From: Octopus bimaculoides | Lineage: Eukaryota | Direction: 5' to 3' | Assembly: GCF_001194135.2 (NCBI RefSeq) | Contig: NC_068990.1 | Location: 63,091,011 to 63,155,010 of the forward strand | DNA: 64,000 bases | In this document: positions 50,451-64,000 of the stretch, in pieces | Layout of the letters: every line of letters begins with the position of its first letter | Position numbering within the stretch: the first letter of the stretch is position 1 | Program-made: the position numbers and the translations under genes | The notes under the pieces: generated by a model | What the model saw: only the letters and a program-made list of their open reading frames with translations | Databases searched by the model: none | Told to the model about the DNA's origin: nothing

Positions 50451-50893
50451 CTGAACACATTCAAACCTCATTTATTTATTTATTTATACGTTGATAGTGA
50501 AATACATTAAAAATCATCTTTCCGATGTTCATACAAAGCAAATACAATCATATATTTCAATGTAGAGGTACTCTTGAGAGCCTTCGGTTGGTTGACGTGG
50601 AGTAGATAATGAAAATTACCGCATCTGTGATAGATTCTAATTTATTTTTGCTTGTTGATGTTAGATATTTCAAAAGTCTAACATCTGAGACAGAGAGCTG
50701 GACGAAGAATGGGAGAGCAGAGTGCAATACGTCATCATGAACAAAGTCATCGGAAGGAAATGATCTGAAGCCTCAAATGAGATCTCTTACATAAGCAGTT
50801 TCGATAAGGCAATCAGAAACATACGATTGAGACTTTATACGTTGCAAGTGACTCTCAATGAAAACAGCCTCATCCTTGGCTCATTGATCTTAC

Positions 50894-50984
50894 CGCCTGA
50901 TATCTGGTGGATTGACGCTCCCAAACTCCTCCTTCAGCTCGAAACGTATTCGAACAGAAACTTCCATCTGAAGAACTGCTTTGC
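50894..50984 (-). CDS. Internal coding exon of an unidentified gene (91 nt)
   Basis: Acceptor TTCTTTCATAG, donor GCG|GTAAGA. The phase 2/0 frame QSSSSDGSFCSNTFRAEGGVWERQSTRYQA joins the 186-nt exon; a phase 1/2 frame is also open. Confidence 0.55.
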
Positions 50985-51764
50985 CTATGAAAGAACTTCT
51001 GAAATAGCAAATATGCAGGAAAAGATAAAAAATAAAGAAAATATCTCTGAATCCTTAATGACGTTAATGTCGAAGGAACACAAAGGAAAATATGCAGAGA
51101 AACATGCATAGGAAATAGCATAAAAATAAAATAATTCTAAATCAAAGAGCTTCTTGAAGAAAACACCTTCAATAATTCAAAAAGAATTTGTCATTATGAA
51201 AGCGATAATTATGTTTGAAACAAAAGTAACATTTCGAAGAACTAGAATGTATACTGAATTATGCTTGGATGTAGTAAGGATAGTAACGTAGGAGTCAGTG
51301 GGGAAATTGTTGAAAAAAAAAACAAACGCAACACGTGAACTACCAAAACAAAGCAAATCTGCTCCAAACAATTAACAATAAGATAGCACAAGTTCTCAGA
51401 CTTCCAAATATTCTGCTGAAATATTTAACAAACATCTAGTCAAAATATTTCTTAATCTTTTATAGAATCAGTTCTGAAAAGGTCACCAAGGGAAAGGCCA
51501 ATTTAATCTCATAACTAAAGAGAGTTTTTTAAAAACTGTAACAACATTGTGGAGAATAAATAATAACCATAAAAAATTGACTCGCAGAGAATGGAGGGGA
51601 CGCTGCAAAGTGTCACATGTCCTTAAATGATCAATCATTGATTAATTAGGTTCATTGATAAATTTTTGATCAATAAAATTATAATCAAAGACTATAGGTC
51701 GAAAGAGAATGAACTGAGATTGGCACAGGTTGATTACGAAAATAGTTCTGATAGTGTTCCTCAC

Positions 51765-51846
51765 TCGAAGACTCTGGAGTAGTAGACATGAATAAGATGA
51801 CACTTATAATAAGATGGTAAATACCATGAATAAATGGTGAACCATT
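51765..51846 (-). CDS. Candidate internal exon (82 nt)
   Basis: Acceptor TTTTCTGTTGTATCAACAG, donor CGA|GTGAGG. Phase 1/2 frame WFTIYSWYLPSYYKCHLIHVYYSRVF, or phase 0/1 frame NGSPFIHGIYHLIISVILFMSTTPESS. Confidence 0.35.
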
Positions 51847-52229
51847 CTGTTGATACAACAGAAAATAGAAATTAGAAAATTAAATTGCATCACTATTAAA
51901 AGAATATTCCAAGATAACGCTTTTCCCTCATTTGCTTTCTGTTTGAGGTTAACATCTATGAGCAACATCCTTAAGCAAACTGGAATTGAGAAGAAATGGT
52001 AAGGGAAGACAATCAATCAATAAGAATAAATGAAAACTAATGCAAATACAGTAAAACATTAATAAAGATGTTTTCTGTTTAAGGGCGCAAACGTCAATAT
52101 AACAAATGCTGATATTAACAGACAGTGTAAGGAGAAAGAAGAAAGGAAAAAGGAAATTAAATTGGAGCGTCACAATGACATACACGCATGGTGGCAGGAA
52201 AGAACCCGACCTTATAATATTAAATAGAG

Positions 52230-52520
52230 ACTGAGAAAGCGGATAAAGAATAATCTCAGCTCTGGCTTAATAGTGTAAAATTTGAATCAGAGATAAAGGG
52301 ATTGGGACACGTGAACAAACTCTACACACCAGAAACTACGAAAAGCATATAATGATGAAGCTTGCAAATATATAACTTCAGATTCTGTAGATATGAATAA
52401 ACTATTAAAACTATAAGTTAGATTGCTTGTGACGGAGGATGGCTAAGAATACGCATGTCGCAAACTGTATCATGAGGCGGTAGACTGGCAGCCAAAGAAA
52501 AGTTGTTGATTGCATTTATA
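52230..52520 (+). mobile_element. R4/Dong-clade fragment (zinc-knuckle region), decayed
   Basis: TRNYEKHI…N.CRFC…C..MAKNT-like motifs. Confidence 0.55.
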
Positions 52521-53369
52521 GGGCGGCAAATTACTGGAAACACACAAATAGTGAACTGAATAATAGGTAAAAAAAAATAATAAATGCTGGCTTTGTTTAC
52601 ACAGCCATCGATTGACTAAAACACAGAAGTAGCGAACTGCATTGTTGGGTGAAGCATTGCAAGGAAAGACAGAAGCTGAATTTTAATTATTGGTAGATGG
52701 AAGAAATGCGAAGAGATAAGTGGTAAAATGTTCATAACTATGTCTTCTAATATTTTGATTTTAAATCTTGCTACATTGCATTTTCCTGTTTTCCCTCATC
52801 GGAACGATAAAATTGATGTAACAGTAACAGACTGGTGTTGATTCAGTTAACTCTACGGCTGCCCTAGTAGATTTGTAATATTGTACCAATGCAAAAAATC
52901 ATTATTATTTAGATTTCCTGATAAGGATTTAATAATACTGAAGTAAGACATTGATTTTCTAATCAGAAACCTACCGAAACATTTATGATGTTTTGATCAT
53001 TACCGTCAACAAACTTCCAAAGTTTGACTTGGTATTTGTAATTGTAAACCTTCGACAGAAGTATTGAAAATAATATTAGATAGTAGTAGCCAATCAAGTT
53101 ATTTCTCAGGCATATTCATGATTAAATCATGCTGTATAAAGGTTATAGGCAAAACGTGAGGTTAAAACCATAAACTTTCGACTAACGAAATTTTTCTTTC
53201 TTAACATTGTTATACTCCGAGGTATCAAATAAATGCACAGTTTGAGACGATTAGTTCAATCGGAATTTGTTATGTTTATCCTGAGTTTTGACAACGCGTA
53301 TGGAAAAGAATGATTAAGGACGGTGGGGAAAAACTTAGGGTCACGATGATTTTTAAATAGTTTTATTAC

Positions 53370-53454
53370 CAGACAATTCGATCAGAAAGAAGAGAAGAAA
53401 TTTCGTTAGCTTCAACGTTGTCATAATGAAAAGTGATAGAAAAGTCGTTTCGAA
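53370..53454 (-). CDS. Candidate internal exon (85 nt)
   Basis: Strong acceptor TTCATTTTTCCTTTCAG, donor CTG|GTAATA. Phase 0/1 frame FETTFLSLFIMTTLKLTKFLLFFLIELS (hydrophobic), or phase 1/2 frame RNDFSITFHYDNVEANEISSLLSDRIV. Confidence 0.4.
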
Positions 53455-54029
53455 CTGAAAGGAAAAATGAATTTGTGAATTGAGTTTGTCTACAAACTAT
53501 ACATAGAAATAAAACACCAGAGACTAAAGAAATAGTAAGCAAATAAATTCCAATGAAGTTGGTATGGTGTTTGAAATCTGAGGTGTCAAATTTGAAAAAA
53601 ATAAAAATGTAGTCGTTTCAGCAGAACAATTGGGGAAAAAAATCAATGAACTGCATAGAATATGTCAGTCACCGATTTCATAATAGACCTCTTACATAGT
53701 TGCAGCAAACATTTTTACTTCGAAATGTTATTATCACTGATGTCTTACAAAACATATGAATCAAACATTTAGGTAAAAAGGATTTGTTTTGATGTTAAAG
53801 ATATTTTAGATGTTTAAAGTTTACATTTAATGTCTTCCGGCTAAATATTTTCGATGATATAAAACGCTAACAATAAAAATACTCAATAATAATTGCTGAA
53901 TAACAAATCAACTATATTTTTCAAAGCATTGCAGTTATTGTTTGGCTGCTTTATGAATATAATGTTATTATTCAAAAGCTCTTACATACTAATTTAATTA
54001 TCTGAATTATTATCCTAAGGCTCAGTAGC

Positions 54030-55560
54030 AGGTCTCCCCAAAACTCAAGAATCATTCTTAGGATTCCTGCAGATTACAGGGTGGCACTTTTCTACAGATT
54101 GAGAATATGTGTTTCTATTCTGGTTTTCTTCATCCACTTACGAAGCAGTTTACTGTTGTACCGTGTACAGCAATTATCAAAGGAATAACTTTCACATTTG
54201 TGTCCCACAGCTTTTCATCTCTCTTACGTGGTCCTGATATTTCTCAATTTCTTTGCTATCATATGGTACTGCAAAACCTATGACCTTACACCTCTTGCTT
54301 TTTTCTGTCGTCTGCAGTCATATCTAGTCTGGTCTGCATATTTAGTATCGTCAATTTTTGTGGAGAAATCCAGTAAAATCTTTTAATAAACATTTACATC
54401 ACAACCTCTGGCCGCGTTCACGTCAGGCCACTCATCCGTTACATCGAATCTACAAACTTCGCTATCACTTCAATACATTTCTTACCGATGTAATCATACC
54501 AACGTTAATATCCTTTATGTGCTAGCTTTCTGCACTCAGGAAATATTCACAATTTCCTCCTTTTTCCACATATTCTGCGTTTGCTCACTGACTGAGTTTT
54601 ATCAGACTTTGTCTTTATCAGATTCAACCTAATGGCTTGCACCTGAGTGGAAAAATACCTCTTAGTCATCTAATGATATCATCTTGCAGTATCTTCATAA
54701 CCTCAACTTTAAACTTTCTACATCTCTTCATGATTAAAACTGCACGGTTATTAATAATAAACTGCATGTTTTTACTAAATATTCTTATTATTTAGACAAG
54801 ATAATCCAAATCATTTTCGCATTTTGTGTACAGTTTGATGTCACCTACACATAGCAGAGGATATATATCTTGGCAAGCTCATAGACAGTACGCTAGTCAG
54901 AAGAATCAACGCAAACCACTACGAAATGTAATGGAGAGAGAGAGCGAGTCTCCTTGAAATATATCACATCCTATTTCCTCGTTATCATACGATTCACTTC
55001 ACTTTATTTCTATTTCCCATGATCTCATCGCATTTACCAAAAATATATTAATCTTTTCATTGACTCTGAGTCTCACCAGGTTTTCCAGACACCAATTCTG
55101 TAGTACTTTATCAAATGATCTCTTATCTATCTAATGAATTTGAGGTTTTAACTAGTATCATATTAACATCATACAATAGATCAGTTCTCATTTACTTCTT
55201 TCTGCATCACTTTTGCTATTCTGGTAATAGGTTTTCTGTCTGTAGAAAGTTACACAATAAATCTGCCAAAGTAAGCCGGTTAGTAATTTCCAAAGCAATG
55301 TTAAACATGTAATGGATTATTTGAGCCAGAATACTTGAACATCATCGTTTCCTGGCACTTCCGAATTTCACTTCTATTTAGGCATTTTTTTCACTACCTG
55401 TTCTGTGATATTTATTTCCTCTTTTATTGACTTATTTTCCATCTCATTTGAAATCCGTAATCAGTCTGCCTCACTGTTCTTTTGAATGTCTCGGCTCCAT
55501 TTATCTGACCAAACGTTCTTCGCAGCTTCGGAATCGTGAAATGTATTTTCTGATCCCCCA
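54030..55560 (-). mobile_element. R4/Dong-clade retrotransposon, RT through RLE C-terminus, heavily decayed
   Basis: The minus strand carries a GDIKLYTKCENDL segment (MDDLKLYAKNE-like), KILLDF, FAVPYDSK, EIEKYQD, VKVIPLII and GILRMILE. Confidence 0.75.
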
Positions 55561-56682
55561 GATGATGATTTAAGCAAGGGAAACTGCATGGCAAATCAAT
55601 TCTTTATGAATTAATTTTAATATATTGTGTGTGTGTGTGGGGTTAGTCTTTCAAACAGCCTGGATATCTTTGCATACAAAGCTAACCTCTACCTGTTTTA
55701 TACAATACATTCTGAGCATAGTCAAGTTTTTTCCTAAACTGACTGCACAGACGTGAAACGTAGATATGGGCAACGCTTACTTAAATGCCATAAGGTATAT
55801 GAACGTAATTCTGCCACACACACCATCATTTCATTCATTTGCCATTTGGCTTTAACTGGAAAACACGACCTCCTTGGAAACTTCTTCCCTTTTTTGTTTC
55901 CAAATGTCTAGGTTCCATTAAACGTTCATTTGTGTCTGTCTTGCAGTATAACATTAATTATCTTGTATTTCTGTTTTTCTTTGCTCTTAAAACCTTTTGG
56001 GCATATATTAAACCATTTGCCTTAAATACAACAGCACCCATTCTGCGGTTTCTCTCCAAATTATGACACTTTCAACTTACAAAGTGCAAAATTAATACTA
56101 ACTTGCCTAACCATCTTAATTTCTTCTTTATGGATGCTCTAAAATCTTTCGTTTCTTTTCTTATCAGGAAAACTTTATCAACTTACCGCTAATTCATAAT
56201 GTTAAACCAAAAAGATTTCTAAATTGTACATTTACTGAATGAAATAACACAAGAGGATCTGTATTTTTGAGTCCATGTCATCGATAATCTTTCTTAAGAT
56301 TCGGAAGATGAGTTATAACAATTATAATGGCAAATATACTAAAGTTGAATGCGCGTCATATTTCAAACTTTTAAACATACAACATCATAGTCAGATGTAA
56401 TTAGGTTAAGTGTAGGTATTTGCAATTGTAATCTTAGTCATTCCACAATACCGACAAATATTTCATTCAGCCAGTAACATTTTAATTATATTTAACATTA
56501 AACAACACCTGTAGTCAGAATCCAAACATCGAGTGACTAATTTGGTCATTAAACAGAAGAACTCATTTATGTTTCTGTATTTCTAAGAGTTAAGAGTAAG
56601 AGATATAACCACACTCACTAGCTTGATATATATATTTGGTTTCTCATAAGAAACATTTATAGTATAGAATATTATGATATTG

Positions 56683-57092
56683 GTTACAAATCTTGGCTAA
56701 AGGCCATCAATTTCGGTGTAGAAGGTAAGTCGATTACATCGATCCCAGTGCTCAACTGGTAATTACTTTATCGACCGCGAAAGGATGGAAGGCACATTCG
56801 GACTCAGCGGAATTTGAAGTTAAAATATTAAGACAGACAAAATGCCGCTAAGCATTTTGCCCGATACGGTGACGACTCAGCCAGTTTGCAGCCCTATGGA
56901 ATGTTATAACATTGGTTTAAAATTTTGACACAAAGCCAACAGTTTCAGGGAAGGGAGCAAGTCGATTCCATCGACCGCAGTGTTCAACTGGTACTTATTT
57001 TATCAACCCCGAAAGGATGAAAGATAAAGTCGACCTCTGCGGAATTTGAACTCAGAATGTAAAGACGGACAAAATGCCACTAAGCATTTCGT
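56683..57092 (-). mobile_element. Tandem SINE family A dimer bounded by a perfect 20-bp direct repeat
   Basis: TATAGAATATTATGATATTG occurs at 56663-56682 and 57093-57112. Two family A units lie between them; the upstream one lacks its head. Confidence 0.85.
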
Positions 57093-58516
57093 TATAGAAT
57101 ATTATGATATTGAAGATTGTTTTAACTACAGATCCATCAGTAAGAGTATATCTCTCACTTTCGTCTATCAGGTGTTTTTGCTACCATTTCTATATTATCA
57201 TCATTAATACTGAGAATACTATTTTGGACATCATCATCCTACTCATTCTCATCCTCCTCGTCTAATGCTTAGTCCTTATGTCCATCCTTGAACATTCTCA
57301 CGTTGTCGTCATCCTCATTACCACCATCGTCGTCAGTAGCAACATATAACAATAAGTTAACTTCATCATTATCATCATCGCTATCGACACCTTATGTGTC
57401 TTCATATTCACTACAGATACACAATTACGAATAAAACCATTGTTATTTTCATTATAACCAAGAGTAAAAGAAAGAGGCGGGATGAATGAACGAATGCGAA
57501 AGGTGTGCGGGGAATAACGCAACTTGTTCTCCTGAAATTAATCATACTTGTTTTATAATTTCTTATAAGACGATGCTAGGAAATAAATTTAATTTTTCGA
57601 AACGTTCTAAAGCTTCTTTCATTATATGGTTGTTTCTGAGTATTTTTTAAATCTTTGTTTCATTTTTGTTTTTGTTCTTATCTTTATTTTATTGTCAATG
57701 TTATTGTTTGTTTGTTTAATTTCTAATGTAATTAGTTTAGATTTGTGGAGAATGAGGAGCGATCTTTGATTCTTGATACAGATTCTATTTAGCTTTAACT
57801 CAGACTGGAAATATAAATTGTTTATAAATATTGTTCCGAATATTGTATCAGAATTGTATTGTCAGTTAGCATAATTAAATCATTTTCACTTTCATCAAGC
57901 ATGTGTTCGTATGGTGTGCTTGCTAAAATGTTCATATAATTTGCTCATTAATTAATCAGCATTTTCGCAAAAATTCCCTTTCTTACAACAAAGAAAATTT
58001 TCGCACAGAGTTTTAAAAAATCATGTACATCTTTAGAAATCATGTAAATCTTTAGAAGAAAATTAGAGTGTAAGGCAGTTTGAAAGACAGAGAGAGGGAG
58101 AGCGAGAGAGAGAGTGTGAGATAGATAACAGAAGGGGACAAAATATATACAGAGAGAGATAAAGAAGGATTCGAGTAAGAACAGGAGCCACATCTTCTAG
58201 CGTTTACATATTATTAGCTTGTTAAATGAATCCAATTTTGTTTTTTGTACGTATCCAGCGATCAATTTTTGTGTGGAGTGGACGTATTTAACTTATGTTG
58301 CCAATCGGATGTCCTGGAACAACCTACCGTAAGAATATCTTAGACATTTAGATACAAAATCTCCTCCATATCGATTTGTGTCATGGATATCTTAAGTGAA
58401 TATTTTTAGTAGCGTTATTTTCTATCATAATTTTATTATTGCTGTCTGATATGTCCTGGCATTTAGAAATTAAAATATGTGGTCGTCATTAATATATAAC
58501 CTAGTGTTTGTTTAGT

Positions 58517-58891
58517 GGAGGCGCAATGGCCCAGTGGTTAGGGCATCGGACTCGCGGTTTCGATTCCCAGACCAGGCGTTGTGAGTGTTTATTGAGCGAA
58601 AACACCTAAAAGCTCCACGAGGCTCCGGCAGGGGATGGTGACGAACCTTGCTCTACTCTTTCACCACAACTTTCTCTTACTTCCTGTTTCTGTTGTGTCT
58701 GTAATTCAAAGGGTCAGCCTTGTCATACTGTGTCATGCTGAATATCCCCGAGAACTACGTTAAGGGTACACGTGTCTGTGGAGTGCTCAGCCTCTTGCAC
58801 GTTAATTTCACGAGCAGGCTGTTCCGTTGATCGGATCAACTGGAACCCTCGACGTCGTAAGCAACGGAATGCCAACAACAACAACAACAAC
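58517..58891 (+). mobile_element. tRNA-headed SINE family D, full length with (ACA)n tail
   Basis: GGCGCAATGGCCCAGTGGTTAGGGC A box, GGTTTCGATTCCC B box, and a 3' half shared with family C. Confidence 0.9.
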
Positions 58892-59623
58892 TGTCTCTTC
58901 AATAATATATGATTGTGAAACTAAGTATGGCTTCTAGCCTATCACATGATTGTGCTGCAGTTAAGTATCAGTGAAATAGTTCAGATTTTGCTCTTACTAA
59001 ACTCTCTTCTGGCAGATTATAAAGATATCGAAAATGAGATGACTCAACGTAGATACCTTTTAACGTGAGCCAAAGAAATTACATTCTCTTTATCATTACA
59101 TCACGTCGCCACATTTCATTATGTATTTTATCCCGCATAGATTCATGCCAACACAGACACCTCATTTATTGTCGAATAATTTCAGTGATTAGTCTTACTC
59201 GTTTCTTATCTTTATATTTCAGAAAACAATTTTGGATGATCCTTCTAATCACAATATAATGTTATATTCTTATGTTTAATGTCTGACCATACATGTTTGT
59301 ATCTCACTGAATTAATGAAATGAAATCACTAACATTCTCTACATTATTCCATTAAAGGGAACATTCTAAATGATTTCCTTTCTATGTCGTTGGAATATGT
59401 TATCTTACACTTCCTTTTAGCTAAGTGATATTCAATACCTAACTATCTTTTAAAAAATTCAAATTATGGAAGGTAATTATGTAGAACTTCATAGAATTTG
59501 TAAACTACTGGTAAAACACCGTGTTTTATTTAGTTTGGTCTCGGTTTTCATTGCTCCAACAAGTTATAGAAATAGGCTAAGGTGGATTTTACACATTAAG
59601 CACATTAAAAAGTTAACACATTA

Positions 59624-60055
59624 GGTACAGGCATGGCTGTGTGGTAAGAAGCTTGCCTCCCAACCACGTGGTTTAGGGTTCAGTTCTACTGCGTGCCACC
59701 TTAGGCAAGTGTCTTCCACCATAACCTCGGACCGATCGAAGCCTTGTGAGTGGATTTGGTAGACGGAAACTGAAAGAAGTCCGTCGTAGATATGGGTGTC
59801 TGTGGTTGTCATCCCACCATCGCTTGACAACCGGTGCTTGTGTGTTTACGTCCCCGTAACTTAGCGGTTCAACAAAAGGGACCCGTAACTTAGCGGTTCA
59901 ACAAAAGGGACCGGTAGAATAAGTACTAGGCTTAACAAAAAAGAAAAAAGTACCTTAAGGTACTATGATCGATTTATGCGACTAAAACAAATTGTTCAAG
60001 GCGGTGCACCACAATAACTGCAGTCAAATGACCGAAACAACTAAAAGATAAAAGG
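59624..60055 (+). mobile_element. SINE family B, full length, with an internal 29-bp tandem duplication
   Basis: GGCATGGCTGTGTGGTAAGAAGCTTGC head, CCTTAGGCAAGTGTCTT, GGATTTGGTAGACGGAAACTGAAAGAAG. Confidence 0.9.
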
Positions 60056-60565
60056 CAAAAGATATTAATTTATGATGTTTTTTTTTTTTATCTACTTTGA
60101 TATATCAAACTTTCTAATAGCTGTCCACATTTGTAGCGCCTTTGCTTTACTCGAACGCTAGTGTAATACTGCCTAAGAATTTAGCAATTTTCTAACAATA
60201 AACTTGTGAAAAACCATTGTCTAACAAAATCTTGGAGGGAATACTCCTATTTTTGTAGAGAATGAAACAGATTTTACACAAGCTATTAAATTCTTCCACC
60301 AGAGATATTAAATACATATTCTGTCGATTAACGACAGTCATTCATCAGTTTTCCGCAGTTTCTGTCTACTGCATTCCACTCACAACTTATTGAAAAAAAA
60401 AACTTGAAATGAATAGAAGTCACTTTTCCAAGGTCTTATGCGCTGGGAACGATAACTTATAGATAACTTATAGACAAAATTCTCAACCACTCACCATATG
60501 GATCTGTGAATTTAGTTTGCTTCAATATTTTCATCTCTCAATATATACAAAATGGCATAACTCAC

Positions 60566-60611
60566 CATGAAGAATAGAAATGAAATAAATTTGAAACTGT
60601 TTTGATACAAC
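60566..60611 (-). CDS. Internal coding exon of an unidentified gene (46 nt)
   Basis: Acceptor TTGTTCTCGTCTATCAG, consensus donor ATG|GTGAGT. The phase 2/0 frame LYQNSFKFISFLFFM joins the 235-nt exon. Confidence 0.5.
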
Positions 60612-61222
60612 CTGATAGACGAGAACAATTTCTCTCCTCTCTTGCGTTGGGCAATGTCGATTTTCTAATTTTTTTCGGTTTAAAGTTAAGCAGGATTGAA
60701 ATGGGCAATAAATAACAGGTAAAATTGTGAGATGCGTGTGGATATGTAATCTTCATACACATGAGTTCTTTTTCAATATGTCTGGAGAACAACACAATGT
60801 GCTCACAAACTGATATTTAGTCAGTTCGTTGCTGATTAACAATGCCTAGAGTAAACATTCAAACAAAATACATGTTCATACATTTAAAAAAGTGTATTTG
60901 AGGGAAACTCTGCTTTTGCATTTAATTGTCTGTAATTCTGTGTTCTGAAATAAGATACAATTGCGTTGTTTGATGTAGTTTCATTGATAGCTATGCATTG
61001 CTTCCCAACTTGTAAACGCCTTTTAAGGATCGTTAGCTAACTACATCTGGATATAGAATTTTGTATAGTTTTACATCAGTATTTACATTATTTGTATACT
61101 TTTTTACACGAACCGTTTCAAGAATGTAGAATCTAATTTTGTCTTTCTTCTGAACTGAAACAGTAGATATCGTTTGCTTTTGAAAGGTTTTGAATTGGCA
61201 TTGACGCAAAGGTTTTCCTTAC

Positions 61223-61457
61223 GTATTTAGGTATGGAGATTTTCCAAACCAGATCAGTGTTATATTCTGAATCTTTGAGTCTATTACCGGCACCAAGTTC
61301 AATTGGTGTGTCATGATCCTATATTGCAAGTTTGGAACGGCTAAACTGTTGATGTTTTGAGTTATTGTTAACAAGTAGTCGATCAGTGACAAGGTGAGAT
61401 CTTCAGAACGATTGTTCTGGATATACCCTGTTTCCACATACGTAGATGAAGAATATA
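61223..61457 (-). CDS. Internal coding exon of an unidentified gene (235 nt, phase 1/2)
   Basis: Acceptor TTTGATTGTGCAG, donor AC|GTAAGG. Only one frame is open across 77 codons in AT-rich DNA: YSSSTYVETGYIQNNRSEDLTLSLIDYLLTITQNINSLAVPNLQYRIMTHQLNLVPVIDSKIQNITLIWFGKSPYLN. Confidence 0.65.
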
Positions 61458-63153
61458 CTGCACAATCAAAACATGCAGTAGCTAACTGTATGAAATATAA
61501 TGTAATAGTCTAGATATGTAAGTTGTCTGTATTTTGTATGTCAGTTGTCTGGATTTCGTACCATAAATATAAAATATTTTAGTTTAGTATAAGAAATCTT
61601 GGCCGATTTTTGTATTTGATAGTCGATAGACGCCTACGACAGTGATTATCGTGAATCATCCAAGAAAATATACATTTGGAAATAGATTAAATTATTCCTT
61701 TTGTGCAGTTGGAAAGAGCGCCATATTAGCAATTTTCGTCTTGTATAACTTGTAGATTTAAAGCATAAACCATACTACGTCTCCTCTATCATTTTAACGG
61801 AGATTTAAATTGCATCTCTTGATGTATACTTACTGTGATTTGAAGATAGGTTTCAAGATATTAGATTACATTATTTATATTCTTGTCGGCATAGACAGGT
61901 GAAATGCGCTTTCTTTATCCCTTCAATATAGGACCATATTTCTTTTAGCACCTGGTATTCTAGTTGACGACTATATTTCTTGATGTTGTTGGTTCACTTT
62001 ATGTAGCTTATTATGTAAAGTATTAGAACGCCTACATTGCTTCGGTGTATCATTGATACAGCGAAGTTACCATGTATCTTCAAAATATGAACTTCATTAT
62101 GAAGCGAAGTATTTCATCATGTATTGAATGTACTGAGTGTTTATAAATGGTACTCCGCGGATATATATAAACAGATTAACCCGAAACACTTTACTAAAAT
62201 GATGCAATACATAGCATTGAAATATAATAGCAGTTCATAGAGAAAAGATATTCACACATAATTCTGTGCAAAAGTTGTAACGAATGAAATCTGGAGATTT
62301 TAAAATATATTTTGCTCAATGTGCATAATAGAATATGTGCAAATGTGCAAATTGTTGAACTAAAATATCATGATGTTGAAATATTGTACTTTGTAAAATA
62401 GCAGTGGCGTACAGTTTTCAGAGTGGACGTTGTAAGATGAGTAATTGCATATGCTTTCTAGGACGACTTTACATGATACCTGATCTCGCTAAGTTTCATA
62501 CTCAAATCCATTGACTAAGATATTTAAAACTGTTCTATATATATAGCAAGGTTTTGAAGGAGAAAAGATATATCAGAGCATTATTGTTCTTTCCCTGTAA
62601 TAGTCAGATTTATTAACTTTGTATGTTTTAGTTAATATTCCTGTTTTTTTTTATTTTTATTTTTATATTTTTTTCATTTTGACATTTTTACAGAATTTCT
62701 TGGCATTTGATTAGATATGTCAGTTATGAAAGCAAAAGTGTACTTTTGGGAAACGTGATCTAGCTTACTTTAGCACATTCTGTTGGCCATTAAACTTATT
62801 TTCACTTTTTCATTATCCTGCTGTGATTTTGTCGAGCGTTCGTAAATATTATTAACATAGTGTACGCAAATGACTGCATATATGTGTGTATATGTGGAAG
62901 TACGTCTGTATGTACGTGTATGATGTTATAGGCTAAAATGTGAGCATCTGACTGCATTTAAATGGAAGTATATTATATATATATATATATGTGCGTGTGT
63001 GTGCGTATGTATAAATATGTATATAAATATATATCTGTGTGTGTGTGTTTTTATACATACACACCTATATATACATATATACATATATATATAGATAGAT
63101 AGAAAGATGTTTGCATATATTTAGTTGCATGTGAGCATATAAATTACTTACAC

Positions 63154-63284
<131 letters not shown>

Positions 63285-63447
63285 TAAATGTGTGTATATA
63301 TGTATATATACCTGAATATTAAACGACATATTGACATCATATAAATGATTGTGGAACCAACGCAGAGATAGTTGTGAAGTAGAAAGCCTTAGACAATCTT
63401 GTATGTAACTAGTATGATACATTTGATTCGCTAATCAGCCAGCCCAC

Positions 63448-63531
63448 CAGTTATATGTAGATGCGATCTTTTGCACTGCATCGGTTTTGATGAACATTGA
63501 TGCCATATGGTATCATAAAACTGGACGACGT
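63448..63531 (-). CDS. Candidate upstream exon (84 nt, phase 1/1)
   Basis: Acceptor TTATTCACTTCAATAG, weaker donor CTG|GTGGGC. Reads VVQFYDTIWHQCSSKPMQCKRSHLHIT. Confidence 0.3.
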
Positions 63532-63884
63532 CTATTGAAGTGAATAAATTTCAAAAACTCAACTTATTGCTTCATTTGAACTTTTGCCTCATTGCGTTTG
63601 CTATTTTCAATTCGGTGATCCTGTTCAAGTTTTTGCAAGGGCAGTTTTTGTGTTGCGTGTCGTTTGTTATTCACCAAATTCGAAATAACATTTCGTTGAC
63701 ATTCATAAATACAAACACACACACACTTACATAAATGGCATGCATAAACACACATGCTCGTACACACATATACGAACATACACATTTTTCCTATGAGAAT
63801 TTTCTCCTCATATTTTAAACATTGCCTATTATCAAAGCAACTTCCAATAATCCAACAATATTAAACAAGAGTAATATTTACACC

Positions 63885-63897
63885 AGCTCTGCTGCTG

Positions 63898-63967
<70 letters not shown>

Positions 63968-64000
63968 CACTACTACTACTACTACTACTACTTCTACTCC
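63885..64000. repeat. (CTA)n/(CTG)n trinucleotide array
   Basis: Direct reading. Confidence 0.95.

Noticed and set aside
58517-58590. tRNA-like heads with A and B boxes (also in SINE families A, B and C)
   Set aside because: SINE promoters followed by non-tRNA bodies. No complete cloverleaf, so not tRNA genes.
61831-62195. Minus-strand consensus donors at about 61831, 62070 and 56187
   Set aside because: All frames upstream of these donors are closed by stops. At most they are UTR exons or chance sites.

Overview
Eukaryotic, AT-rich, extremely microsatellite-dense genomic DNA with nine assembly gaps (about 3 kb of N). The SINE, RTE and R4 repeat repertoire and the SSR density look like an octopus (cephalopod) genome; this is inference from pattern recognition, not a database hit. 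I found no rRNA, true tRNA, CRISPR or prokaryotic operon, and nearly all listed ORFs are microsatellite or gap artefacts. Most of the recognisable sequence is decayed transposable element: R4/Dong-type RLE retrotransposons (seven pieces), RTE/BovB-like LINEs (four pieces), Tx1/L1, CR1/L2-type, one CRE-clade 3' end, hAT-Charlie and mariner derivatives, and four tRNA-headed SINE families (called A-D here). The best host-gene signal is a set of minus-strand, splice-site-bounded, phase-compatible open exons between about 49.6 and 63.5 kb. They encode a protein I cannot name. The most interesting structural observations are: (1) three different Dong-like subfamilies and a non-coding ~556-bp element, all embedded in (TAA)n tracts; (2) two RTE 3' ends fused tail-to-tail into a 42-bp hairpin; (3) an RTE C-terminus with two canonical C2H2 fingers; (4) a SINE dimer bounded by a perfect 20-bp target-site duplication. 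I cannot support a claim of a wholly new biological system from sequence alone.
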